Assembly (NCBI GenBank): GCA_976226885.1
Contig: OZ320313.1
Location: 52,142,001-52,206,000, forward strand
DNA length: 64,000 nt
Reading direction: 5' to 3'
Origin: Iphione sp. A-MEVVRFRX5
Taxonomy: Eukaryota
Under the pieces are notes generated by a model. That model was not told where the DNA came from, searched no databases, and worked only from the letters and a program-made list of their open reading frames with translations. Shown here one piece after another: positions 10,673 to 22,400 of this stretch; the stretch's first letter is position 1; each line of letters opens with the position of its first letter. The position numbers were made by a program, and so were the translations under genes.

Positions 10673-13600
10673 ACCACAGCCACTTGTTACATGCGCGGGG
10701 ATTGGTTGGTTGGCTTTTGTTTCTCATGTTTTTGCCAGATGATAACTTGCAATTGGATGGAAATATCACTGATGTCCTCCTGTATAGTTGAGATACAACA
10801 CATATATCACATGTTCCCTTTTCAGTAGACAAAGAAAAATTTTTAAAGTCATTTTGAAAAATATTTAGGTCAGAATCTTTGCCATTATTTCATATGAAGG
10901 AATGAAATGAAGATGTTAGAGTTTTCAAGTATTTCGAACTTTCAAGTCCCCTACCAGAGTTCTACAACAAATTATGCATGTTTTGTTGCTTTGAAATCTA
11001 GACACACATCTATTGGACTTATATATGCACAATCACATATATCTTCGTGTAATAATGAGATCTAACTTCACCTTATGCCTGGATGCTTATGTTTAACTTG
11101 GAATGGGGTGCCACCCATCGTTGCCTCTATGTCCCAAACGGCCGATTAATGATCCATTGATGCAATCCATCATGAAGCCTCCAAGCTTCCCTCAAACGCC
11201 GTCCGCTAGAAGGCGCCTCTCACCATGCTACATCATACAAAAAAACACCATTTGGACAAATTCTAGGGCTTTTTTGGCAAGAATTGCTGTGTGCAAACTG
11301 CTTCTGCTTTTGTTATTGGATATTTAATTGTCTCTTTTTATTATTGGGAAAGGAAGATAAACGTCAAGGCAAGATCTTAAATCTTTGTCCGATGAGTCAT
11401 GTAGCACTTGAAGCTTATAGTTTTTTCATGAATTATTGACGTCCTGGTTTTTTTCGCATTTCCTACACATTGTGGGCAGCATTTAAGAAGACTGTAAAAT
11501 GTTTATAATTATTATTCAATTCATATAAGGCCAAATGCATCTAGAGTGAAGATGATACTCACTTTTATCTCGGGGTTTGCATAGCATACCCCTGTTTTTA
11601 ATGAAGCCAATTGGTAGACAGTATTTCATTTACTTCTTTGCTATATTATAAATACAGAGTCCACGGTGACTGAAAATCATGTTATTATTGAAGAAAACTT
11701 AGATGTGATGATGTTAATTGTCAGAGAAATGGTGCTGGCAAGGGACATGGTTGTTTTCATAGACCGAGTCTGTGGTAAACTTCCACCTGGAGACGTTTTA
11801 GGCTTTGGGGGAATTGCACCCAAACAACCCCACCAGTCAAATATTTGGGGCAAAATTATGGCTAAACCATTCCAGGCATAGCAACATAGAATGTGTGTCC
11901 ACGATATGAGATATATGATATTCATTCTTTATCATTTTATTATCATTATGAACAAAAGGAAATAAATACTTTTGAATGAAGACCAATGGATAACAAAGAC
12001 TGCATCTGTGATATATTCCTATTTTGTGAGGGTTTATTTGTGAACTCTTTCATAAGCACATGAGGACGGCATAGGTGATGTAATGGAGATTGAGATCGCC
12101 CTTTGCGTGCTCTCTGGGTGTATCTTTCTTAGACGCCCATTAAATGTTGAACCAAGAGAAATCTATGCAGACTGGGGAAGGAGACCTCCTGCTCCACCTG
12201 TCGGTCACATATGAAGAAGACCAGTGGATTCTGGCATTTTGTTGAAACATTCGCAGTGGGTATCGGCGAAGTACAGCAGGGAACGTACAGGCCAATCTCC
12301 AATCTCCAATGCTTCTGGTTTTCAAATGGATCAGTGAATACTGAGGGTGGGTAAGGCTTCCCCAGGAGCGAGAACCTCCCCGGCTGGGCTCTTCAATCCG
12401 GCTCCCAACTTACCTTTTTTCATGAATTTCACAAGGTGCTGCCATAGTGTTGCAACCCTTCTCACACGGATGGGGGTAAATAGGACATTTCTGGTATTTA
12501 TATCCCTTGAACGAAAGGTCAAAGGGGGAAGTACAACACGAAAAGCCATAGGGAAATACTAGCATATATACGAAGTATGGTGCTAGAGACAAACATTATG
12601 ATTGGGAAATACGATCTCCCTTGGCAGGTATGATGCTAGGGTACAAGTGGAGGACATGCCACGTTCCCACGTCATTGCCCAAAAAAGGTCTTGTCGACTG
12701 AAGGCGCAATAGTACCGAGTCCAGCAGGTTTATGATTATATATATACGGGACAGTCTCTTTCGTTTTATACCTGACTCCGTAGTTGTGATTACAAGTTGT
12801 CATTTGTCCTTTCAATTAAATTGAACAGCGCGTGGAAACTCGCCCCTTTTTCATGCGACCGCAATTGGCAGCGTTGGCAGGCCCGACTGTCAGGCTGTGG
12901 AGACAAAATAAGTTCGGAAACTTTAAAAATTGCAACAATGAAATGGTTTAGGCGGCATTGTCACCAGGCCAGGCCATTCGGGGCCCTTTAATAAGGTACA
13001 AGAGAGTGCTGTTAAGGTACCACCGCCAATATGGATTCCTCTTCACAAGTGTTAGTCAATGAAACCTTAACACGAAATGTAAATTTGAGGGAGAAGGTAG
13101 GAGTGACATTTAAACATGTTATGCTATCTTCAGGGTTGGCAAATCAGGCAGGAGTACTCCATGGTACATATGACAGAGAGCGTTATTATATGTCATCTCA
13201 AAGCAGTATGTTAAAAGACGGTTTCCTATGTGAGTATTTCACATTACTATAGGGTAGAGACATTACCTGCATGTATATCCAAAATAAGACCAAGGCAGAA
13301 TCCTTCTATCACATTTGTATAAAAAAATTCTAACTGTTACATACACCTATATATCGTCTTTATATTTACGTCCCTTGCTTTCCTCTGACGTCAGTAATAT
13401 CATATTGCACTGCCTAATCGTGGGGAGTTGCCGATCCAGGCAGACGATAGCGGTAGATGTGGGCGGAGCGGGCGTGGAACCTGGCCATCAATTTCTACTT
13501 GTACGAAGCCCCGATGGCAGGCATAAAGTCTAGGTATTCTTTTGTTCTAGTCCATGAGTTGTCAGATTCCACTCTTGAAACTACGCAAGCCTTTCAAAAT

Positions 13601-16600
13601 TACCCTGTCTTAGAGAATCTAGGTGCCTGTCCCCACTCTTTCCCTGTCCTTCCCTTCCCGCCCATCTACTCCCACCAACCCTCCTATACAGAAAGTCCAC
13701 CTGTCGAATCATCAATACATTATTGGCCGAATTTTCATCTAACCCTATAGAGGCAACATGGTGTAATAGTCTTTTTGGCATCCGCAAATTCGAATGATGC
13801 AACGTGTTTAGTGGTAGTGCAGTAGCAACTTTCACCGTTAGTCGTGTGTTTGTAGGACTGTTTAGATTGTCAGACAGGAAGTCCCTACGGCCATACCCCA
13901 GCGCATGCGTGCGGCCGGTCAGCCGAACGGGCGTCCAATGTAGTTTTTAATGTGATACCTTTTATGTAGATTACAAGTGAAGAATGAAGTAGAATGTTGC
14001 GAGAACCTTTTAGTCTAAAATCAGCTTTAGAGAATCCAAACGTACTTTATAGTAATAACGATTTAAACAAGTACTACATGGCAATGATTCAGCCTCCTAA
14101 TTATCCCACTCTTTCTTGACCCTCGGTGGCGATCGGATCTCGACGTGCCGGCTTGTGCTCGGACGACGAGAGCCCCTGACGAGCCCCACTCAACCATCCA
14201 CCCGAAGTGTGGACCCACAAGCTCATGTGATATTTCCTTCCCCTTTACGGCCCCAGTGCGTTGGTTGGCTCCTCGACCGGGCCTCGAGATGGGAACAAAA
14301 CGTCCAAGAAATACATTTTTTAATCTCATTTTCCTAGCTTTAATACTGTGAACATTACCATACTGTCATCGTGCGTAGGGATCGTTTTATATACACACCA
14401 TAAATAACAAAAAAAATCACAAAAATAATAACAATCACAGGAAGGGCTAATGATATGAGGGAGCCATATGTTAAATACGTTTTACTACACATCCAACGCC
14501 GTGCTATGCAGAATTGATCATTTGAACACTCCTCGTGGCTTTAGGACCATCCAACGAATGCAGATACCAACACCATAAGTAAGGCACAGGTCAATGTCAG
14601 TAGAGAACCCGGTGGCAACCGCTCCAGAAATAACTCTTAATTTTACATGCTGGACTGACAGTATACGGAAGTCTTCCCTATAAAAAGTCGAATCGTTGGA
14701 AATTTATTTTGATGCGCCAGTCGGGAGTTCTTTGTTTGATGTGTACTTCTCTCTTTATAATTGACAAATTATTTACCTATTGTCCCCCCTTTTGTTGTAA
14801 ACAAATTGTATACATGTATAGATATTTTTGGTTGATACAGGTTTTAACATGAGTAGATGGAACACTTATGAAGGTGGTATTTTCTCTAAGGACGTCTTTA
14901 TGATCAACCAATAAAACTCTCCTGACCAGATTGTGCATGTTGATTTTTCTGTATTTCAAAGGGCGTTGTATACGATTATTATATGCACTATGGACCCAGA
15001 TGCACTTTCAACATAACACCAAAGGAGGTCACTGTTTTCATACATAAAGTTTGGTATGTTAGAATAAAAGGGATATGATAGACATCTGGCTTTTGATTTG
15101 TATCACTTCCTCGCAGGGCCTTCTGTGGATCAACCATCAAAATGTGAATCGGCTTCCAAAATTTATTTTAAGATGTTCACATGAAAGTTGTATTGGTATA
15201 TTTAGATTCGAGCTTTTAATGGTTTTTCCACAAAGAAAGCTCTAGCACCCTTTAACTACAACATTAACTGAAAACGTAGAATTGGATACTAATTTGAGAC
15301 GCCAGAACGTTGCACGATTTAAAGAGATAATAAAACCTTCTAAATTTAATTCCATACCAACCAATGTATGAGATGAAAATGAAGAAAATTACTAATTACG
15401 ATGAAGCGACGAAAGAAGAACTGTAAACGACAGTACATAGAAGACCAGAGGCAAACTTTCTACATGAGTTCAAATAATAAGAGTGAGACATCAAGAAGCA
15501 TATATTATCTAGCGGTGTAATTAGCATGGAGTAAACAGACGTACTGCCTAAGGTGTTAAAAAATCGACATATGTATTTCAAGTAACAGCCCGAAGAAATC
15601 TAGTATTGGTATTTACTGTGACTGCCTTTCTAGCCTGGTTTGGTTGTTTTGGCTTGTTTAGCCCCCTGTTATCATCATTATAAGTCCAACTAGGCTACTA
15701 ATTACAAAGAAATTCTAAACAAAATCAGGGTTGAAAAAATTCAGGACAAAAAAACGTGTAGGTCTAGTTATCAGAAACACCAATATTTTTTTTTTAGGCC
15801 TTATCGTAAACTGTACATCACATCTGATTTGAACAATGCCAATAGGTCCAAATAGAGAGCCGTGTGTTTGTACATATAAATGTATATGCATACATAGAAT
15901 ACATTTGAAGAGGCGGCCATTGGAAAGTGCTCTTTTTAACAATGTCGGCCTCTGAGGGTAACACGTTAAGCGGACACACATTAGTCGCCTTGGAAACGGC
16001 CGCATGACGAAAATTCAGATCAGTTCAAAACCTAAGCGCACCCGGGAGCCGTCAATTCACTGTGGTTCGATCGACTGCACCAAGTCAACATGCAAATCTA
16101 CCACCGTAGTTTGTACCGCGGCACTTCCCGTTTGATTCTGTCAAACCGTCTGGGCCTTTTTCCCAGAGCATACCGGATCGGTCGGAACAGATTGACCGAA
16201 GCTTTCCGGATCAGCTCGACTAGATCACATTTGTACCGTGGTCAGCCGCGGAGTACCTCTAGCTAGACAAGGCAGGTCCCTTTCCTTGCCTAAATAAGAA
16301 GCTGCTTGCTACTGCATGTTTAAGCCATGTGTATTCTTGAGGAATATAAGTATCCCAAATTTTGAATTTTACCTGGAATTTAACACAGGTCTATTTCATT
16401 CTATTAAAGTCTATAGAACGCACATCTGTATTGATATACATGTACATGTATCGGATACTTGGTCCTCATAGCAATAGGCTCATTCAAAGCCGGATAAAAG
16501 AAAAAAGTCGGATAATGTGATATGGATGGCACAAGCAGCACAATAAATAATATCATTTCTGAGAATCTTCAGGGGACGTTATAAAACATTAAATTGTATT

Positions 16601-17771
16601 TTAAAAAAATAAACTGTTCAAGCACGGCTGAAACATACTTTCCTTGAGACAACGGCCGTATATACGAAATGATGAGCCAGATATGAAATATTTAAACTAG
16701 ATTTGAGCATTGTTACCTGACCTGAGTTGGACAGGTCAGTGTCTAAGACAACTTTTCCATAACATTTTGAGCTGGATTTTTCAGCCCCAACCAGAGTACT
16801 GAGTTAAGTCTGTGGCATAGATGAGAATAAAAACAATATCAAGTATGGTGGGGTCCTTGGCGAAAAATATGACCTCAAGCGTAAGCATCAATTGTGCTAA
16901 GATCCATGACCTTTGACAGAAAGGGGGAGGTGCGTCGAAATTTTCAGAAATTTCCAAACTCAGCACCAGGCCTTGCCTGAACTGAGCTCCATCGGGCCGT
17001 CAAAAGCGTTGCTATTTGACAGTCGTCAGTGACTACCCTTCTTCCCCTATCGATTTGAACGACAGACACGACCGATCTTGCGCAACACCGGTGTCCGCAA
17101 GGCACCAAATGGAACTTGCTGCAGTTTTGCCGGCACGAGATTTGGCTGTGGTGTTATTAATTATGACCGATCGTTGGACAGCTAAAACAGCGTGGGATCA
17201 ATAGAATCATTACTTTTATCAGTCTGAATCATTAGATTACAAATTTGTGCCTCCTGGCATGCATTGATCAACATGTAGTTTATAAATTGGTTGTCAGGTG
17301 GATTGGGCTGTCCTTTTCGCCAGGTTCTCATTTTTAAATGCAATGGTAAGCTGGGCGACGATAGACTGAGGTTCACTCCCAAACGAATTCTTCTAAACAG
17401 CTCTCTGATTGGCTAAAGCAGACAGACGGTAGAGAGAACAATAACACAAATGAGAGTCGGGCTCATAAAATGAAATCCATAGAAGCAGATAAATAGAAGC
17501 AAACAATTCAAAACCAATATGCCAGCATGGGTGACCATCTGGTTCACTGGATATATCCCAGCCAGCACAGAAACATTGTAAAAACGTTGTATAAAACGTT
17601 CTCAAAATGTTGTCAATGAAAGTTTGCATAATGTTTTCCTAACCAGATTAGAAAATATTTTTAGAATGTTTTTTACAAACATTTTTAGAATATTTTTTTA
17701 AAACTTTTTAAGAACATTTTTGAAAAAATGTGTGAGAGACCTGTACAGTGTTTGAACCTGGATACTTGCAC

Positions 17772-18102
17772 CTCCCATGGTATTCCCTGCCTTCCCCATC
17801 ATCCTGTCCTTCATAACAGTTCCCACACCTCATCAGGTCCTCCCCTGGCCTTGGCCGTCATCCTGCCATTCTCAGAAGCCCCCACACTTTGTCAGGTCTT
17901 CCCCCGGCCTTGGCCGTCCTCCTGCTGCTCTCAGAAGCCCCCATACCTCGTCAGGTAGTATTCCTAGCCGTCACCGTCCTCCTGTCCCCTTATCAAAGTT
18001 CCCACACCTCGTCAGGTGGTATCCCCAACGGAATGCCCATCCTCCTGCCACTCTCAGAAGCCCCAAACTTTGTCAGGTGGTATCCCTTGCCTTGGCCGTC
18101 CT
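17772..18102. repeat. Degenerate ~60-bp minisatellite, about 5.5 copies
   Basis: tcaggt core recurs at 17833, 17892, 17951, 18012 and 18073, with shared ttggccgtc and ctcagaagcccc motifs. Confidence 0.85.
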
Positions 18103-18179
18103 TGCATTGTCTTGCCATTTGGGAGTTGCTTAATCCAGCTAGCAGCTATATTTGCTTCTGTTTGTGCATTCCATGGGTC

Positions 18180-18620
18180 CATAGCTCGTTGTCTGATCCT
18201 GGTTTTGATCTGGCTTTTGCTTATGGGGATATTGTCATGTGGTTTCCTGGCACCCATTTTGGCTGCTTTATCTGCTGCCTCATTCCCAGGAATCCTGACA
18301 TATCTTGAGATCCAGTTGATGAGGTGACTGGGGCTTGCTCTTTCTACTTTCTTATGGATCTGGTTAGTTAGTTGGGTGGTCATTTTGTCTGTGTTGCTGT
18401 AGATTTGGGATAGTACCTAGTGAATCAGTGTGAATTACAACTCTGGTGTAGTTATGTTTGGCTGAATCTTCTACTACCCTAAGGATTTCAGCAAGTTCTG
18501 TCTGGATAGTGGAAGAGTGGTCTGAGACTCTAAAGGTTCTGGTTCTGTGTAGTGAGATTTAGGTGCAGCTTGCTTATCCTCCTAGGATAACAGATCCATC
18601 AGGGTAGTACTGAAGGTTTC
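18180..18620 (-). pseudogene. LINE ORF2 RNase H remnant
   Basis: YYPDGS, SSTIQTELAEI, VVIHTDS and WISRYVRIPGNEAADKAAK correspond to the four catalytic motifs of non-LTR RNase H. Confidence 0.85.
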
Positions 18621-18999
18621 ATGGACAGGTAATCTTGTCTATGCAGTGGAAGGCTGCATCTCTGATCTCAATTCTCCTCCATTTTCCTCTAAAAGGGCTT
18701 GTGTAGGCAGGTTTTGATGGGGATTCCTGTCCATGCTGGCCAGGCTTCCTCACAGGGCTCAGGTGCAAGTTCTGGGAGGAGGAGGGGTCTATAGATGTTC
18801 ACTGCTTGGCCTGCCCAGGTTGTGCAATGCTGAGATATTTCTAGTGCTTCTCTCATTTTCTGATGTAGGGGTTGTCTGTCTTGTGTGATAGTTTTGCAGA
18901 TGAGGTTGGCTGTTAGCATGTGTCAGCATATGTAGAGTGGGTGGATGGCTGTTTCTGTCTTCATTGCATCTGTGTTGGTCCATTGGGGTAGTTGGAGGA

Positions 19000-19480
19000 T
19001 GGTCCTCAGTGCACTGTTTTGTAATTATTCTAGCTTCTTTACAGCTGTTTTGCAGATTGTAGTGAGGGCTGGGCGTCCATACTCTAGGAATGGTCAGATG
19101 GCTCCAAGGTAGACATCATGTAGGACACCTAAGTACTTAAATTCTTTGACCCACTCAATATCGTTGTGGGCATTTGGGGGCTGCTATGGAGAAGTGCATA
19201 GCCTTTGTTTTCTCAGTAGAGATCTTGAGGCCAAGGGATTTTGTCTCTACTTCCAGAGTGTTGAGAGCTTGTTGTTCTACTGTCCCTGGATGCTTTTCTC
19301 TGTAGAGTAGTGCTAGGTCATCTGCATATGCAATGAGTTGGGTTTGCAGTGGTAGCTGGATGTGTACTAGTCTCTCTACCAAGATATTGAAGAGTATTGG
19401 GCTGAGAGAGCTTCCTTGGGGAACTCCATTTTGGAAGCCCTGTGGTCCGGATCTGTTGTTCTGGAAGTTAATGACTGCAA
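19000..19480 (-). pseudogene. LINE ORF2 reverse transcriptase, C-terminal half
   Basis: NGVPQGSSLSPILFNILV...LIAYADDLAL...GLKISTEKTKAMHF, then EFKYLGV after a frameshift. The N-terminal RT motifs are missing and replaced by unrelated sequence above 19480. Confidence 0.9.
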
Positions 19481-19481
19481 T

Positions 19482-19585
19482 AAAGTTCTAAGCATGCTGA
19501 ATTTGATGGGCAAACTTTAAAAAGTTCTAAATGTGCTGAATTTGATGAGTTAAACTCCAAAAAAATTCTAAAAGTGCTGAATTTT
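19482..19585. repeat. AT-rich ~39-bp tandem repeat, 3 copies
   Basis: aaagttctaa..tgctgaattt recurs at ~19482, ~19520 and ~19561, at the break in the RT. Confidence 0.7.
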
Positions 19586-19805
19586 AAATAATGAATAAAA
19601 ATGAAATTAGGAATAACATATTCACAGAGAGTTATTGCAATCAGATTTTTTAGAGGATGTACATGTACTTATTTATCAATGATCCAGCATGTTGAGGATC
19701 TCATGATGTTTGTACTGGGTTCCTGGGATCCATCCCTGGATTCTTCACTCTGTACTTAAAGACCAACTTTCTCCTTGGCCTCTTCAATGACACAGCAGGA
19801 AGGAC

Positions 19806-20195
19806 ATCCAACAACATGAGCGACCTGGGCTTGAGTCTCCACTTACCTCTCCAAAAGGGGTGGGGGGGCTGCTGGGTTCTGGGCCCAGATACCCTCCGAC
19901 AACATGGGCGACTGTAGGGGTTGAGTCTCCACTTTCATCTCCAAATGGGTACAACCACCAAGTTCTTGGCCCTGATACCCTCCAACAATATGGGTGACTG
20001 TTCCTTGAGGTACTCTTGTCATCTCCATGGCAGGTGCCTGTCGAATTCTTGGGCCAGATACTGTCCAACAATACAGGCAGCCTTCCCTTGAGGCACTCCT
20101 GTCATCTCCATGGTTGGCGCCTGCTGAATTCTAGGCCCGGGTACCCTCCAACAACATGACCTGGGCTTGAGTCTCCACCTTCATCTCCAAATGGG
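19806..20195. repeat. Degenerate ~85-bp minisatellite, about 4.5 copies
   Basis: ccaacaa(c/t)a core at 19808, 19896, 19982, 20065 and 20148, with shared tcatctcca and gataccctcc motifs. Confidence 0.85.
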
Positions 20196-20209
20196 GACGA
20201 GTGGTCACC

Positions 20210-20885
20210 CAAGACAACTAAGAAACATCATTTCATACCAAAAATAGAGGTCCTTTTGGCCAATTGGTCACCCTGGGCGAGTGGTTGCTGTGGGCAGTGA
20301 GTATCATATAGAGAATGTACTGAAATTTGATTCATTCTGGGCAAAAGCAGTCACCTGACCCAAGTGGTTGCCCTATTGGAATGGTTGCAGGGTTAGAGTG
20401 TGAAGGGAGTGTGACCCAATATGTTCTAGCTGTCTCATGATGTCCTCCGCATATCTGTCTTGTCTGTCTCCCTATATGAGTTGGTGTGCGTTGAAGTTAC
20501 CACAGATGATTGATGCTCCATAATCTCTGATGGCAGTCTCTATGTCCATTGCTCCTCATAGACAGTAAATATTGTGGACAGTGACCTACTTGGAGGAAAG
20601 CTATATCATTACACTGAGATGTTCTGTATTGTTGCCAAAGGTGTGTTGGTGAGTAACTTCCTTTACAGGGTATCTGTTATGTATGGCAATGAGGATCCCA
20701 TGGTGTCCCTCCTCTGCAGGGTAGTGAAAGATGTTGAAACCTGGAATGCAGAGTTGTGGACATCCATCCTCATTCCTTTTCAGTTTAATGTTTTGTAGGC
20801 AGAGTATATCTATGTCTTTGTTAATGACGGTTTGTTGGATAATCGTGATCTTCTTGCCAGCTCTTTTGCAGTTCCAGTGAATCAA
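20210..20885 (-). pseudogene. LINE ORF2 apurinic endonuclease remnant
   Basis: MIHWNC...DIDILCLQN (WN and LQE motifs), HGILIAI, and IICGNFNAH near 20487-20510 (GDFNAH motif). Confidence 0.82.
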
Positions 20886-20889
20886 TTGA

Positions 20890-22400
20890 AGGCCCAGTGG
20901 ATTAACTCAAGGGAGCATGCCTCCATCATTGAACAGATTATGGGGAGGAAGGTCTTGACTAGCTGGATTAGTTGTCTGAATGCGGGGAAGGCTCTAGCAA
21001 AGGCTTCCAAGGCCTTTTTGAGCAGGGTGAACAGGTTGAAAGCTTGGGTAGCTTTGCGGTGTTTCCCGGCCTTTGCTGGTTTTAGTGGTTTGGGGTTGCT
21101 GGGGTGGCTGCAGTTGGTGGGTCTGTGGTGGCTGTTGTGGTTGCCTTGGTTCCTCTCTCTGTTGAGGTTTTTGTGTCTGGGTTGGCTTAGTTTGGCTGGT
21201 CTGTGTTGATCATGTGGCAGTTTTCCTGGAAGGGGTCTTGGGTATTCCATTGTGGACTGTTTGTATAGTTGATTTAGTGTGCTGGGGTATCTTTGACATT
21301 TTCCTCCCTTGTATTGGTTGTACAGTCTGTGCTGAGGTAGGTAGGGTAGCACTGAAATCTTCTGCTGTGGGGACTTTCTGGGGGTCTGGGGCCTTGGGAA
21401 GATACTGTTTTTTGCAGGGACTTGAAGATGTTTTTCCTTCTTTGGCAGAACTTGGAAGCAGTGATGTGGTCTCCTTCACAGTTTGCACATTTCCTGTTAA
21501 TCTCCTCTTTCTTCTCTCTCTTCCTCGGGCAGACTGCAGTGGTATATGCATCAGTGCAGATGCAGATTTCTGTTGTCCATTGCATGTCTTAGCAATGTGT
21601 GTGACATGCTGCCACTTGTACCACCTGGTGGGGTCGGGTACATAGATATGGAGCAGAAAACATCCTAATAGTCTGAAGCTCAGGGTGTCAGATGCAGTTG
21701 CTCCAGTCCATGGGAGCTTGACAGATCTGGTTGGGATGGTCTTTTGGGCCTCTGAGTCCAATCTGGTAAGCAGGGGTGGGCACCCAACAAAAAGTTGTCG
21801 CATATTTTAACCTCTGTACGGCAAAAAAATTGCATTCTATTCATTGTATTGATTTTTTTGAAAGGCACAAAACCTCTGTTGTCGCATATTTTAGTGTCCC
21901 TGTCGCACATTTTTTGCGACATAGCGATAGTTGCCCACCTCTGGTAAGCCTCTTGGCTAACGTGATACTGGGGCTGCTCTGTTTCAGTGCCTCATCAGTT
22001 ACATCTAGACTTTCTCTGCCACCAAGATGTGCCTTTCTAGGTTTTGGACATCTCTGTAAAGGTGACAGGTTTCCCAGCAGGTTCAGTCATGCCTCATAGG
22101 GTGAGGAAGGTTTCTTTGTTTTTGAGTCTGAATTTGTGCTGTCTGGTCCACATTTGTGTTCTGCTCACCATCATTGTTGGGTAGCGGTTACTCAGAGCTA
22201 TGAAAATTTCTTGTTCCATCTTCCAGGGGGCCTCAACCTTGGCAATGAAATCTGGGTATCTTTCTGGTTGGAGGTCAGCTTCAGTGTCCATTCCACTGAG
22301 GGAGCTAGCAGAAGACTGCATGCTGGCTTGGCTGCTAGTACTGCGGATTTATGGACTTCTATTTCCTCTTGATAACCCCCATGAAGAGTTTTTCATCCTC
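20890..22400 (-). pseudogene. LINE ORF1 (gag-like) remnant with CCHC knuckles
   Basis: YVPDPTRWYKWQHVTHIAKTC (degenerate CX2CX4HX4C), CICTDAYTTAVC, CANCEGDHITASKFC. Interrupted by the MITE at 21771-21943 and by frameshifts. Confidence 0.8.
21771..21943. mobile_element. MITE (hAT-like termini) inserted into LINE ORF1
   Basis: TIRs caggggtgggcacc and gttgcccacctctg (12/14 match). Flanking duplication gtaag (or ctggtaag sharing the terminal ctg). Removing it restores the ORF1 frame (...TLAKRLTRLD...). Confidence 0.85.

Noticed and set aside
16961-16980. RE1/NRSE-like tcagcacc
   Set aside because: Only the left half-site is present; the GGACAG half is absent.
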